A stretch of DNA of 64,000 nt from an uncultured Candidatus Saccharibacteria bacterium (GCA_964512835.1 CAZELA010000001.1:361372-425371); one strand, 5' to 3'. Positions 10,134 through 20,815 are shown, counted from the first letter of the stretch. Notes: generated from the letters alone by a model not told the origin. A program made the numbers and translations.

Positions 10134-11210
10134 ATGAAAGGAACCCAGGCGCAATATTATTTTCTACTGGCACTCCTCGCGGGGGCACTGTGGGTCGCGT
10201 TTTTGGTTGTTAAACCCTTCTTCTCTGCGCTTGCCCTTGGTGCGGTGTTTGCGGTGGTTTTGCAGCCGGTATATCGCCGGATCCTCAGCTCAGTGGGCGG
10301 CAAGCCGTCGCTCGCGGCGCTCTCAACCGTTGCGGTCAGTATTATTATTGTGCTGATACCGGTCATTTTTGTTTCGCTGCAGCTGCTGAAAGAAGCCCAA
10401 ACGCTGTATACATCGCTGAACGATACCGACACGCAGCGGGTGTTTTCGCAGTGGGTCGCGGTGAACGGTCCGAAGGCAGATCACTATATACCAAACGCGT
10501 CACAGTCGCTGCGAGAAATTTCCGCAGGCTTTGATGACTACGCACGAACCGCCGCCTCGTGGATCGTGCTGAATATCGGAGCCGCGTTCTCGTCGATCGC
10601 GTCACTCTTTCTGGACCTGTTTATTTTCTTTGTAACGCTCTATTACTTGCTGCGCGACGGCGGACGGCTGAAGCAGTACCTAATCGAACTGTCTCCGCTG
10701 AATGACAGCGACGACGAACATATCGTCAATAAGCTTGAGGTAGCGGTTAACTCTGTGGTGAAAGGTAAACTTGCCATCGCCGTCATTCAGGGTGTTCTTG
10801 CGGGTATCGGACTTGCGATTTTCGGCGTGCCGAATCCCGTTGTGTGGGGACTTGTGGCGGTTGTCGTGTCGCTCATACCGCCGGTCGGGACTGCACTCGT
10901 GTTAGTTCCCTCCGTTGTGTATCTCATGATTGCCGGCGCATTGCCGTCTGCGATCGGTCTTACCGTGTGGGCAGTCGGCGTCAGTGTCATAGACAATGTG
11001 ATCGGACCCCGTCTCATCGGCGGGGGAATGCAGATCCACCCGCTGTTGGTGCTCCTGTCGGTTCTCGGTGGCCTCGCGCTGTTCGGACCCGTCGGGCTGT
11101 TTTTGGGACCGCTTTCGATCGCGCTTTTGCTCGCGCTGCTTTCCCTCCACTCATTTATTGCGCCGGAGAGCAGTAAGAAGACGTTGCCGCCGGAGTCACT
11201 ATCTCTATGA
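10134..11210 (+). CDS. AI-2E family transporter (PerM/YhhT-like)
   Basis: 8-TM topology with conserved LYYLLRDG and IPxVGT blocks typical of PF01594. Confidence 0.8.
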   Translation: MKGTQAQYYFLLALLAGALWVAFLVVKPFFSALALGAVFAVVLQPVYRRILSSVGGKPSLAALSTVAVSIIIVLIPVIFVSLQLLKEAQTLYTSLNDTDTQRVFSQWVAVNGPKADHYIPNASQSLREISAGFDDYARTAASWIVLNIGAAFSSIASLFLDLFIFFVTLYYLLRDGGRLKQYLIELSPLNDSDDEHIVNKLEVAVNSVVKGKLAIAVIQGVLAGIGLAIFGVPNPVVWGLVAVVVSLIPPVGTALVLVPSVVYLMIAGALPSAIGLTVWAVGVSVIDNVIGPRLIGGGMQIHPLLVLLSVLGGLALFGPVGLFLGPLSIALLLALLSLHSFIAPESSKKTLPPESLSL

Positions 11211-11818
11211 TGAAAGAACAAAACGGATTACGAGTTGTTTCTGTTATCGTGGTGCTTGCCGTCATTGCCGCCGCAGCGTATATCATGGCGCGACCGGGCT
11301 CGGAAAAACCCTCCATCGGAGAGGATTCGGATCCGCGCGCACGAATGATGTCGTATATCGGCGCCTCGGAATACGATGTTGATTTCTTGTACCCGGATAG
11401 TTACACGCTGATTGAACATGATGTGGGTAATCAGGCAGAACGCCCTCACCATACGATTACACTTGTACGCAACGAAGACTACGCCCGTATGGGCACAGAC
11501 GGCGAAGGTCCCACGGCGATTACAATCGATATATTCGGGAATGCCCAGGATGCTCTCGGACTTGAGCGATGGATACGGAATACGTCGGTTTCCAATTTCA
11601 AACTTTCGCGGGACCAGACGCTTTCCACGTCCACCGTTGCAGGCCTTGATGCGCTGTCGTACACCTGGGACGGCCTCTACACAGGGGAAAGTACCGTGGT
11701 TCGGATCGACTCACGCATCTTCATGTTCTCGGTAACCTACATGGATACCGCTGCGCCGATACGCGATCATTACACCAAGCTTCTCAAAGGCGTCCGATTT
11801 CATTCGCCGTCTCGGTAG
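11207..11818 (+). CDS. hypothetical membrane-anchored protein
   Basis: Single N-terminal TM then a soluble domain. 4 nt overlap with the upstream gene. No recognisable family. Confidence 0.45.
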   Translation: MMKEQNGLRVVSVIVVLAVIAAAAYIMARPGSEKPSIGEDSDPRARMMSYIGASEYDVDFLYPDSYTLIEHDVGNQAERPHHTITLVRNEDYARMGTDGEGPTAITIDIFGNAQDALGLERWIRNTSVSNFKLSRDQTLSTSTVAGLDALSYTWDGLYTGESTVVRIDSRIFMFSVTYMDTAAPIRDHYTKLLKGVRFHSPSR

Positions 11819-11896
11819 CTATTTTGGGGCTCTGCACGGCCCTCCTTGCGCTTGAATACGCGGCGCAGTACACTTATTACTTAGGACTCCTAAGTA

Positions 11897-12352
11897 ATGA
11901 ACATGAGCGAATTATCGCGTTCAGCAACCGCATACGGCGAGCTCTCGGGACTGTTTTTCGAGACGCGTCAGATCATCCGGCAGAATTTGCCGGGGGCAAA
12001 GCGTTCAGATCCGAACGCGTGGTTGCGTTTGCAGACGATTCGTTTCATCAGCGAGGCCGATGCGCCGACAATGCACGATGTCGCGGCATACTTGCGAGTA
12101 AAGGCGCCGTCTGCAACATCGCTGATAGCCCACCTTGTCTCGCAGGGGCTTATTGCACGACGGCCGGGACGCGATCGTCGCGAAGTCATTCTTTCGGTGA
12201 CTCCGGCGGGGCGTCAAGCTCTCATGGAATACGGAGAGCAGTCCGAAAAAATGATGCGGACTACATTTTCGACCCTGGACGAGTCGGAAGTCGGTTCACT
12301 GTGTGCAATCTTAAAAAAACTCATCCGCGGCAACGCGAAGTCGACGAATTAA
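11897..12352 (+). CDS. MarR family transcriptional regulator
   Basis: Winged HTH (MHDVAAYLRVKAPSATSLIAHLVSQGLIARRPGRDRREVILSVTPAGR). Directly upstream of the MFP/RND pump genes. Preferred over the overlapping 11824..12369 frame. Confidence 0.8.
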   Translation: MNMSELSRSATAYGELSGLFFETRQIIRQNLPGAKRSDPNAWLRLQTIRFISEADAPTMHDVAAYLRVKAPSATSLIAHLVSQGLIARRPGRDRREVILSVTPAGRQALMEYGEQSEKMMRTTFSTLDESEVGSLCAILKKLIRGNAKSTN

Positions 12353-12365
12353 TCAATTTTGTAAT

Positions 12366-14012
12366 ATGAACTCTATGTTTGATCGGATCCGTACCCTCTA
12401 CCGCACGCTGGTGCGCCGTCTCAAAAAGAACGGCTGGAAGGTGAACACCGCGATCGCGGTTGTTCTGTTTGCGGTGGTATTCGGTCTGGGTGCTTTTTTG
12501 AGCTCTTCGCCTGCCGAAACGGAGGTGGCGGCCCAGGCGCGACAGGTAGAGGTAAAGAGTGTAGCGGAGCTTTCGTCGGATCAGCCCAAGCTGTCCATCG
12601 TAGGCCTCGTCTCGTCGAAATCCGAAGCGACTGTTCGCGCAGAAAAGTCCGGTCAGGTCACGTCCGTGAATCGATCGCTCGGCGACAGTGTGTCTGCGGG
12701 TACGATTGTCGCGTCGATAGAGAACGCGTCCGAAAATGCGGCGGTACTTTCCGCGCAAGGGGCGGTTGATGCGGCTCAGGCCGCACTTGCTAAGATTTCC
12801 GGCGGTTCGCGCGACGAACAGAAGGCAATTTTGCAGTCATCGGTTGAGATATCGCAAAGCAGCTACATTTCAGCGCAGTCCACCGCGGTCAACGCACTGC
12901 TTTCTTCGTTTGCGACCGTTGACTCCTCGGTGCGCGGTACGGCCGATCCCATGTTCTCCAATCCCGATTCGTTCAGTCCCCAATTTAATGTCCTGAGCTC
13001 TGATTCTCAGCTCACGACTAATATCAATAATGCTCGCGTGACCTTGGGGCCGATTCTTGAGCGAGAGGCTGCGCTTTCCAAGTCCATCAGCACGGCTTCG
13101 GACCTCGTAGCTGAGCTTGATAAGGAAGAAGCAGATCTCCGAGCGGTACGTTCGTTCTTTGATCAGATAATCCGTGCCCTGAATTCAGGCGTGCCGTCGC
13201 AGAATGTTTCCGCATCAACCATTGCTACCTATCAGGCAAGTGCGATTGCAGCCCGTGCGTCCGTCAACGGAGCGCTTGCGTCGATCTCAGGCGCAAAGGA
13301 GAACCTCGCGGCAAAAAAGCAGGGAATCACGGTCGCTCAAAAGAATCTTGAACAGGGTGTAACCGGAGGTCAAAAAGAAGACGTGGCCGGCGCGCAGGCG
13401 GGTCTCAAGCAGGCGCAGGGCTCGCTCGCAGCAGCGCGAGCAAACCTCGAAAAGACTTATATTCGCGCTCCTATCTCCGGCACTATCAATTCATTCTCGT
13501 TGAAGCGCGGTGATTATGTAGCGATGCAGTCACCGGTGCTTACGGTTGCAAACAACGGTGCGCTCGAGATCGTCGCCTATGTGACGGAAAATGACGCAAA
13601 AGACATCGCGGTCGGCAGTACCGTTGCGATTGAGAACGGCGGATCCGGCATCGTGACCCGCGTGGCCCCCGCACTTGATCCGGTCACCAAAAAGATAGAA
13701 GTCCGCATCGGTGTTTCCGGCGCTGCGGACCTCATTAACGGTCAGTCCGTAATCGTAGAAATCAACCGTGCGAACGCCCGCATCTCTTCCAAGATCGACA
13801 AAGTAACGGTGCCGATTTCCGCGATTAAGATCGGTGCCGATCAGACTCTGGTATTTACTGTCGGCGAAAATAATGCCTTGGTCGCACATGTCGTGGAGGT
13901 CGGTGAACTGCTCGGTGATCGTGTTGTTATCACGGACGGTGTAACCGCAGATATGAAGATCGTGACCGACGCTCGCGGTTTGCGCGACGGTCAGACGGTG
14001 ACCACGCAATAA
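12366..14012 (+). CDS. efflux RND transporter periplasmic adaptor subunit (HlyD/MFP), extended coiled-coil
   Basis: N-terminal TM. Long Ala/Gln/Ser-rich alpha-hairpin region. Lipoyl/beta-barrel motifs (YIRAPISGTI..., VTVPISAI). Confidence 0.75.
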   Translation: MNSMFDRIRTLYRTLVRRLKKNGWKVNTAIAVVLFAVVFGLGAFLSSSPAETEVAAQARQVEVKSVAELSSDQPKLSIVGLVSSKSEATVRAEKSGQVTSVNRSLGDSVSAGTIVASIENASENAAVLSAQGAVDAAQAALAKISGGSRDEQKAILQSSVEISQSSYISAQSTAVNALLSSFATVDSSVRGTADPMFSNPDSFSPQFNVLSSDSQLTTNINNARVTLGPILEREAALSKSISTASDLVAELDKEEADLRAVRSFFDQIIRALNSGVPSQNVSASTIATYQASAIAARASVNGALASISGAKENLAAKKQGITVAQKNLEQGVTGGQKEDVAGAQAGLKQAQGSLAAARANLEKTYIRAPISGTINSFSLKRGDYVAMQSPVLTVANNGALEIVAYVTENDAKDIAVGSTVAIENGGSGIVTRVAPALDPVTKKIEVRIGVSGAADLINGQSVIVEINRANARISSKIDKVTVPISAIKIGADQTLVFTVGENNALVAHVVEVGELLGDRVVITDGVTADMKIVTDARGLRDGQTVTTQ

Positions 14013-14019
14013 CAACACC

Positions 14020-17000
14020 ATGCTTCCTCTCTGGCAGTTTTTTATTGAACGAAGGCAATTCACGATACTCGTGATCGTGGCCTTATCTCTGTGGGGTATT
14101 GTTGCCGCGTTTCAAATAACCAAGGAGTCCACGCCGGACGTGTCCATCCCGGTGGGCGTTGTTTCGATTGTAATGCCGGGGGCATCGCCCGAGGATGTGG
14201 AACGGCTTATAACCGATAAAGTCGAAGAGCGTCTTGCGAACCTGCCCGACATGAGCAAGATCACGTCGAACTCGCGCGAGAGCCTCTCTGTGGTGATCGT
14301 CGAGTTCAACGCTGACGCCGATCTCGATAAATCAATCCAAAAGCTCAAGGATGAAGTTGATAAAGTCGTCCCGGATCTGCCGGAGGATGCTACGACGCCG
14401 GTGGTTAGTGACGTAAATCTTTCTGATCAGCCGATCCAGTTCATCTCGGTATCTGCTGACCTCCCCCCTCAGCAATTCGCTGAACTCGGCGATGCGCTGA
14501 AAAGCGACCTTCAGGCAGTGAAAGGCGTAAACCGTATTGACGTAGCCGGCGTGCGTGACCGCGAAATCCAAGTGGTCGTGCGGAAGGAAGAGATATCTCG
14601 TCTCGGTATTTCCTTGCAACAGGTGATCGGAGCGATTGCTGCCTCCAACGCCTCGCTTCCGATCGGCTCCATAACCGTCAACGATATTTCATATGCGATC
14701 GACTTCCAGGGAAGCATTGATTCCTCCGCTGATATAGGAGGTATCGCGATTTTGAACGTTGCCGGCCAAGTCGTGTATTTGCGTGATATTGCCGACGTTA
14801 CGGACGGAGTCGTCGATGCGCGCTCGTATTCGCGTATAGCTATCGAGGGCAAGCCGTCGCAGCAGGCGATGACGCTCTACGTATTTAAGGTTCGCGGTGC
14901 GGACATTACCGATGTAACCGCGGCGGTAAAGGCTCGCTTGGTACAGCTTCGAGAGCCCGGACAATTGCTCGACGGGTCTGATGTCGTCATCTCATACGAC
15001 TCTTCCGAGGAGATCAGTAAGAGTCTCAAAGAGCTCACCCGAACCGGACTTGAAACTGTTGCGCTGATCATGCTTGTTTTGTTTGCAACCATCGGCTGGC
15101 GCGAAGCGGTCGTTGCCGGACTTTCTATTCCGTTATCGTTCTTTATTGCGTTCATCGGGCTGCTGTATACGGGGAATTCCTTTAACGTTGTGTCGCTCTT
15201 CGCACTCATTTTGGCGATCGGCATCCTTATCGATGCGGGGATCGTGATTGTCGAGGCGATCCACACGCGCACGCGTCTGTATCACGACAAGAAGCGCGCT
15301 GCGATTGAATCCTTGCACGAATACGCCTGGCCGCTTATCGGAGGAACCATGACGACCGTCGCCGTGTTTTTCCCGCTGTTCTTCATTTCCGGCATCGTCG
15401 GGGAGTTTATCGCGTCGATTCCGTTCACCATCATCTTTGTTCTCATCGCATCGATTTTTGTCGCGCTCGGTCTCGTGCCGACGCTTGCCAACATGTTCGA
15501 GGGTCAACATGAGTCTGAGATCGCAAAAAAACAGGACGAGTACGCCGAGCTTGCTCGCGTGTGGTACGCCAAACATCTCCGCACGTTCTTGCACAATAGA
15601 AAGCTGCAGAATTGGTTCCTCATCGCCATGGGCGCGGGTCTCGTTGTTGCGATCATGCTGCCGGTGTTCGGCATCATGAAAGTCAGCTTCTTTCCGGGTG
15701 ACAACGGCGATATCGTGTTCGTTGATATTGAGAAACCGTCCGGCACTACGCTCAACTCCACTGACTTGACCGCGCGTGCTGCCGAGGAACTTTTGTACGG
15801 GGATCCGAACATTGAGTCACTTGTGACAACGGTCGGTTCGCAAAGTTCATTTTCCGACACGACAGGCATGGGACCGCAATCTGACCCGCGCTTTGCGAAC
15901 ATAACCGTGAACCTCGTCGAGGATCACGAAAAAACGTCGGCCGAAATGGTTGAAGAAATCAAACAGAAGATGGCCGCGATTAAGTCGGCGGAGATTCGTG
16001 TGGGTGAGCTCTCGGGCGGACCGCCGGTGGGTGCTGCGGTGCTGGTGAAGTATCTGGGCAAAGATCAGGCCACACTGAATACGGTAATCGCGCAGGCCCG
16101 CGAGGCGCTAGAACGAACAGAAGGGGCAACCACCGTTGACTCATCGAATAAGTTCGACGGGACACAGTACGAGCTGTCCATCGACCGGGCAAAGCTTGCG
16201 GCGCTCGGTTTGTCACCCGCGACCGTTGCAGCGACGCTCCGTACCGCCGTCTCGGGCGCAACAGCAACAAAGATCACGGGAGGCGACAAAGATGTCGAGA
16301 TTGTGGTGTCGTTGAATCTCAATCCTAATGCGACCGATCCGCACGATGCGAATAACACTACTATCGACAGCTTGCGCCAGATACCGCTCGTTACACCCAA
16401 CGGCAGCTCCGTGCTTCTTGGCTCCGTGATATCTGAAGGCGTGTCACAGTCTAATGCTGCCATCGCGCATGAAGGGCGACAGCGAGTCATGACACTTTCA
16501 AGCGCGGTACTCCCCGGGTACACACCCGCAGAAGTGCTCGCATCGTTCCATAAGGAGTTTCCGACCGAAAAGCTTCCGGCAGGCATTACCGAATCAATCG
16601 GCGGTGAAAACGAGGAAACGAACAAATCATTCGCTGAGATGGGTCTTGCGCTCGTTGCGGGCCTCGGGCTCATGTTCGTAATTCTCGTACTCGCGTTTGA
16701 CTCGTTCCGATTCACGACGTTCCTGCTTTCGATCGTTCCGCTATCGCTCATCGGTGTGTTCTTCGGTCTCACAATCACGCTTCAGCCGTTGTCGTTCCCG
16801 TCCATGATGGGTCTCATTGCGCTTGCCGGCGTTATCATCAATCACGCGATCATTCTCATGGATGCAATCATTAAGCGTCTCGCGGAGGGAAGCGGCAAAA
16901 CGTTCGCGGACATCGTTGTCGAAGCGGCGACCACCCGATTGCGACCGATCATTCTGACTACGCTTACGACCGTGATCGGTATGGTGCCGCTAACGTACGC

Positions 17001-17136
17001 GTCCGCGCTATTCGGTCCGTTGGCGCTCTCGATCCTGTTTGGTCTTACGTTTGCGATGATTCTTACACTCGTACTAATTCCGGTCCTCGTATTCCGATGG
17101 CCGGGCAAACTGCCTGAAGGAATTGTCCGGGAGTAA
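14020..17136 (+). CDS. efflux RND transporter permease subunit (AcrB/HAE family)
   Basis: ~1040 aa, 12 TM with two large periplasmic loops. Conserved TM4/TM10 motifs (ALILAIGILIDAGIVIVE...). Confidence 0.9.
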   Translation: MLPLWQFFIERRQFTILVIVALSLWGIVAAFQITKESTPDVSIPVGVVSIVMPGASPEDVERLITDKVEERLANLPDMSKITSNSRESLSVVIVEFNADADLDKSIQKLKDEVDKVVPDLPEDATTPVVSDVNLSDQPIQFISVSADLPPQQFAELGDALKSDLQAVKGVNRIDVAGVRDREIQVVVRKEEISRLGISLQQVIGAIAASNASLPIGSITVNDISYAIDFQGSIDSSADIGGIAILNVAGQVVYLRDIADVTDGVVDARSYSRIAIEGKPSQQAMTLYVFKVRGADITDVTAAVKARLVQLREPGQLLDGSDVVISYDSSEEISKSLKELTRTGLETVALIMLVLFATIGWREAVVAGLSIPLSFFIAFIGLLYTGNSFNVVSLFALILAIGILIDAGIVIVEAIHTRTRLYHDKKRAAIESLHEYAWPLIGGTMTTVAVFFPLFFISGIVGEFIASIPFTIIFVLIASIFVALGLVPTLANMFEGQHESEIAKKQDEYAELARVWYAKHLRTFLHNRKLQNWFLIAMGAGLVVAIMLPVFGIMKVSFFPGDNGDIVFVDIEKPSGTTLNSTDLTARAAEELLYGDPNIESLVTTVGSQSSFSDTTGMGPQSDPRFANITVNLVEDHEKTSAEMVEEIKQKMAAIKSAEIRVGELSGGPPVGAAVLVKYLGKDQATLNTVIAQAREALERTEGATTVDSSNKFDGTQYELSIDRAKLAALGLSPATVAATLRTAVSGATATKITGGDKDVEIVVSLNLNPNATDPHDANNTTIDSLRQIPLVTPNGSSVLLGSVISEGVSQSNAAIAHEGRQRVMTLSSAVLPGYTPAEVLASFHKEFPTEKLPAGITESIGGENEETNKSFAEMGLALVAGLGLMFVILVLAFDSFRFTTFLLSIVPLSLIGVFFGLTITLQPLSFPSMMGLIALAGVIINHAIILMDAIIKRLAEGSGKTFADIVVEAATTRLRPIILTTLTTVIGMVPLTYASALFGPLALSILFGLTFAMILTLVLIPVLVFRWPGKLPEGIVRE

Positions 17137-17274
17137 TGTGTTGCCGTCGGCCATGTACGAGGGCGCTGTAATGCCGGTTGAACGCGCCGGTGGCGCAGCA
17201 TCAGTTCGGTCTGCGTCGGACGTCTCATGGAGCGACTTCATGAAAAATTCCGCAAGAGATGAAATACTTCATCC

Positions 17275-17556
17275 ATGAGAAAAGTTGTCGTGTTTATCGG
17301 CACTCGAGACGCGGATATTGTCCGTGAGGCTATTACCGGGAGCGGCGCCGGGTTGCTCGCCAATTACTCGGAATCAATCTCACGAGCGATAACCGGTGAA
17401 TACGGTTCGATGCGAGCACTCGATGAGCGGCGATTTGAGTTTGCGTGCGATGACGATACGTACCGCGTCATTGTGGGGGCGATCAAAACTGCAGTCCCGC
17501 CCTATGCTGTTTCGATCGACTCGTGGTCGATGGAAACATTTGCTCAGGCGCATTGA
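17275..17556 (+). CDS. small hypothetical protein, PII/Nif3-insert-like fold
   Basis: Pattern VVVFIGTRDADIVREAITGSGAG...NY...FEF...PYAVSIDS resembles the ferredoxin/PII-like insert domain of Nif3 (YqfO) proteins. Inference only. Confidence 0.35.
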   Translation: MRKVVVFIGTRDADIVREAITGSGAGLLANYSESISRAITGEYGSMRALDERRFEFACDDDTYRVIVGAIKTAVPPYAVSIDSWSMETFAQAH

Positions 17557-17721
17557 AAGAGGTCGGTCGCTCGTCCGTCTCATGTGTAGCCTCGACTTCG
17601 ATCCTACGTCGCTCGTCTGCCGGGCGAGTGTCGTGGGATCGACTCAAGGCGCCACGACGTTTTCCGCGACCCATTATATGAGACATAGAACCCTCGTGGG
17701 CGGAGAACTCACGGGGTATAC

Positions 17722-18426
17722 TTGCGTTGTATGAAACCACGATCCGTCATTTTTGCCATAGCGATCGCAGTCCTGCCATTCTGCGCGGGGGTTGTTTCTG
17801 CACAAACTGACACGCAGGCCGGAGCGACCGCGGAAATGTATGTACATGACGGTGGACTGGGTCGGGGACTCAGTAATATGGTCAAAGGCATATTGGGCGA
17901 GACGGAGGCACCACAGGCACGATATGCTGCGCCTGCAGAACCTTCTGTAATGATGCAGATGACGGCACTCGATTCAAACGCGAGTGTCACGGCTGCTCCG
18001 CAGGCCGCAACAATGTCGCTCAAGGCTGCAAATGCCGAAACGACCATAGTTCCGATGAGTGATTCGGAGCTTTCTGCGTACGTCCATGACCTTTTGATCG
18101 CGGACAGTAATATTCAGTCGATCGACACCTCCGACACACACGTTCGGGTCACCTATGCGGTGCCCTCGACCGTCTTTCGGTTCGTAAAAGTGGTCCTGCG
18201 CGTGACCGTGAGCGCGAATGCATCCGGCTTGGCAGATGTTTCGTATCCGTGGTACTCATTCGCCGCTTCGCATGCGGCGACAGATCTCAGAACTGATGTT
18301 TCGGAGCGGGTTGCACCACTGATACCTGGTCACGCATTCTCGCCGGACGAGCAGCGAATGCTTATAGATGAGATTCACCTCACGCTTGCCGCCCGACTCG
18401 GGTCCTCAACCGGCGGCGACCGGTAG
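17722..18426 (+). CDS. hypothetical secreted protein
   Basis: Clear signal peptide (AGVVSA/QT). No recognisable domain. Confidence 0.45.
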   Translation: MRCMKPRSVIFAIAIAVLPFCAGVVSAQTDTQAGATAEMYVHDGGLGRGLSNMVKGILGETEAPQARYAAPAEPSVMMQMTALDSNASVTAAPQAATMSLKAANAETTIVPMSDSELSAYVHDLLIADSNIQSIDTSDTHVRVTYAVPSTVFRFVKVVLRVTVSANASGLADVSYPWYSFAASHAATDLRTDVSERVAPLIPGHAFSPDEQRMLIDEIHLTLAARLGSSTGGDR

Positions 18427-18447
18427 CCGTTTCTAGACAAATCCATC

Positions 18448-19707
18448 TTGAGCGAGTACGCTCAATTGATGTCATACACACCTTCGAAACAAATATTGGA
18501 TAAGTACGCCGACGTCATGGTGAACTTTGCACTCGGCGGCGGCAAGGGGATCAAAAAGGGAGACGTCGTGCGCGTCTCGGCGACCGAAAGCGGCAAGCCG
18601 CTTTTTACGGCCATCTGTAACGCAATTGTAAAGTCGGGCGGTCATGTGATCTCCAATTACGCTCCGGACGACGAGCAGGGAGACAAGCGGCGCGCCGAAA
18701 GCTTTACGCGCTTTTTCTACGATAACGCGAAAGACCACCAGCTTGATTTCTTTCCGGAGAAATACCTCAAAGGAATCGCAGATCAGATTGATCACTCGCT
18801 CTACATAGCGTCTGATGCCGATCCTCATGCACTCAAGGGCGTCGACCCGAAAAAAATCATGCGCCGTGGAGTTGCCATGAAGCCGTACAAAGACTGGTTG
18901 AACGAAAAAGAATGGAATAACAAGTTCACCTGGACGATTTGCCTGTACGGCACGCCTGCAATGGCAAAAGAAGCCGGACTTTCAGAAAAAGATTATTGGA
19001 ACCAGATTATCAAGGCGTGCTTCCTCGACGAAAAGGATCCGATAAAAAAATGGAAGGAGGTCTATAAGCAGATCGATTCGTTCCGAACAAAGTTGAACAA
19101 GCTGTCGCCGCAAATCGACAAGCTTCACGCAGTCGGCGAAGACATGGATTTGTGGATCACGCTCGGCGAAAAGCGAAACTGGCTTGCGGGATCGGGTCGC
19201 AACATCCCATCCTTCGAGATTTTTACGTCACCGGATTGGCGCGGAACCAACGGCTGGATCCGTTTCAATCAGCCGTTGTATCGCTATGGGTCAAAAGTGG
19301 AAGGTATCCAACTGTGGTTCAAAGACGGGTTGTGCGTGAAGGCGACGGCGACCAAGAACGAGAAACTGTTACAGGAAATGATCAATACGAAAGACGCGAA
19401 CAAGGTCGGCGAGTATTCGCTGACCGACAGTCGTCACTCGCGCATTACGAAGTTCATGGCGGAGACGCTCTTCGACGAAAACATGGGCGGCAAGTACGGA
19501 AATACGCACATTGCGGTCGGCATGTCATACCGGGACACGTTTGCGGGTGATGTCAGCAAACTCTCAAAGGAAGAGGCTGAGAACCTCGGATTCAACGATT
19601 CGTCCGTGCATACCGACATGATATCAACGACCGATCGCACGGTCACTGCGCATCTTAAGAACGGTAAAGAGATCGTGATCTACAAAAAGGGCCAATTTGC
19701 TCTCTAG
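18448..19707 (+). CDS. aminopeptidase, M29 family (AmpS/PepS-like)
   Basis: Length and conserved blocks of thermophilic metalloaminopeptidase family (N-terminal ...VMVNFALGGGKGIKKGDVV...; C-terminal metal-binding E/H/D residues). Confidence 0.75.
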   Translation: MSEYAQLMSYTPSKQILDKYADVMVNFALGGGKGIKKGDVVRVSATESGKPLFTAICNAIVKSGGHVISNYAPDDEQGDKRRAESFTRFFYDNAKDHQLDFFPEKYLKGIADQIDHSLYIASDADPHALKGVDPKKIMRRGVAMKPYKDWLNEKEWNNKFTWTICLYGTPAMAKEAGLSEKDYWNQIIKACFLDEKDPIKKWKEVYKQIDSFRTKLNKLSPQIDKLHAVGEDMDLWITLGEKRNWLAGSGRNIPSFEIFTSPDWRGTNGWIRFNQPLYRYGSKVEGIQLWFKDGLCVKATATKNEKLLQEMINTKDANKVGEYSLTDSRHSRITKFMAETLFDENMGGKYGNTHIAVGMSYRDTFAGDVSKLSKEEAENLGFNDSSVHTDMISTTDRTVTAHLKNGKEIVIYKKGQFAL

Positions 19708-19708
19708 C

Positions 19709-20059
19709 ATGGATACTGTCTTTCTCTACGGGCTGTCGGTGCAGGGAAAGCACGGCGTCATGGAGCGCGAGCGCCATGTAGAACAGGAATTCGTGCTCGA
19801 TATGGTAGCTGATGTTGATACCCGGTCGGCCGCAATATCGGACAAAATTGAAGACACGGTGGACTACGTGCGTTTTCGTGATATTGCAGAAGATGTCATC
19901 CGCAACGAGTCTCATTATCTGATAGAGCGGGTCGCGGAGCGGATTGCGGTTCGCATCCTAGAGGATGCGTTGGTGAAAAAAATAGCGATCACGATTCGAA
20001 AGCCGGCGGTTCTTCCGAATGGCATTCCCGGAATCACGATAGTTCGCGCGCAAGCATGA
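19709..20059 (+). CDS. folB: dihydroneopterin aldolase
   Basis: FolB fold signature (VFLYGLSVQGKHGVMERERHVEQEFVLDM..., DTVDYVRFRDIAEDV). ~117 aa. Confidence 0.75.
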   Translation: MDTVFLYGLSVQGKHGVMERERHVEQEFVLDMVADVDTRSAAISDKIEDTVDYVRFRDIAEDVIRNESHYLIERVAERIAVRILEDALVKKIAITIRKPAVLPNGIPGITIVRAQA

Positions 20060-20694
20060 AAACCGTTTACTTCGTACGACATGGGCAAAGCGAAGCGAAT
20101 GTTGCACCCGTATTTCAAGGACCCGATTCGCCCCTTAACCAAATGGGGATACGGCAAGCGGAAGCGGTCGCGGCACGAGCCGTAAAGATCCCGTTTGACG
20201 TGCTCATCTCAAGTCCGTATGCGCGCGCAAAGAAAACTGCGGAAATTATTGCGTCGGCGACCGGAAAAGCACCTGAGTACTCGGATTTGTTCGTAGAGCG
20301 CATCAAGCCGAAAAGCATTGACGGAAAGCCCTATACAGACGACGTTGCCAACAAAACGTGGCGTGCTTGGGAGGGTTCACTACATACACCCGACCTCCGT
20401 ATTGAGGACGGTGAAAATTATGAGGACCTCGTTATGAGGACAGACAAAGCGCTCAATTATCTGTCGGCTCGAACCGAGGACCGTGCACTCGTCGTCACCC
20501 ACGGCTATTTTTTACGGTCAATCATTGCGCGTGTGCTGCTCAGAGACGCGCTCACTCCTCAGACATTCAAAAATATTCAGCGTTCTGCCAACATGCAGAA
20601 CACGGGCATTACCGTGCTCCGACATGAAGGCGGATTTGAGTCATCCTCAACCTGGAAATTGTGGATTTACAATGATCATTCGCATCTCGGTTGA
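20056..20694 (+). CDS. histidine phosphatase family protein (phosphoglycerate mutase-like)
   Basis: RHG catalytic motif (VRHGQSEAN). Second His in VVTHGYF. 4 nt overlap with folB. Confidence 0.8.
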   Translation: MKTVYFVRHGQSEANVAPVFQGPDSPLNQMGIRQAEAVAARAVKIPFDVLISSPYARAKKTAEIIASATGKAPEYSDLFVERIKPKSIDGKPYTDDVANKTWRAWEGSLHTPDLRIEDGENYEDLVMRTDKALNYLSARTEDRALVVTHGYFLRSIIARVLLRDALTPQTFKNIQRSANMQNTGITVLRHEGGFESSSTWKLWIYNDHSHLG

Positions 20695-20815
20695 CTCCGG
20701 TGGTGCGATTACACGGCGCTCTTCATTTTCATTTCAGAACAAGCGGCGCATTATGCGCTGAACGAGCGCGACGGGCGAATGTGTCGTCGGTATCTTTGCG
20801 CTCCGCTCATGCCAT

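Noticed and set aside
11824-12369. 181-aa ORF overlapping the MarR gene in another frame
   Set aside because: The 11897..12352 frame encodes a clear MarR winged-HTH. The overlapping frame is Arg/Gly-rich with no motifs.
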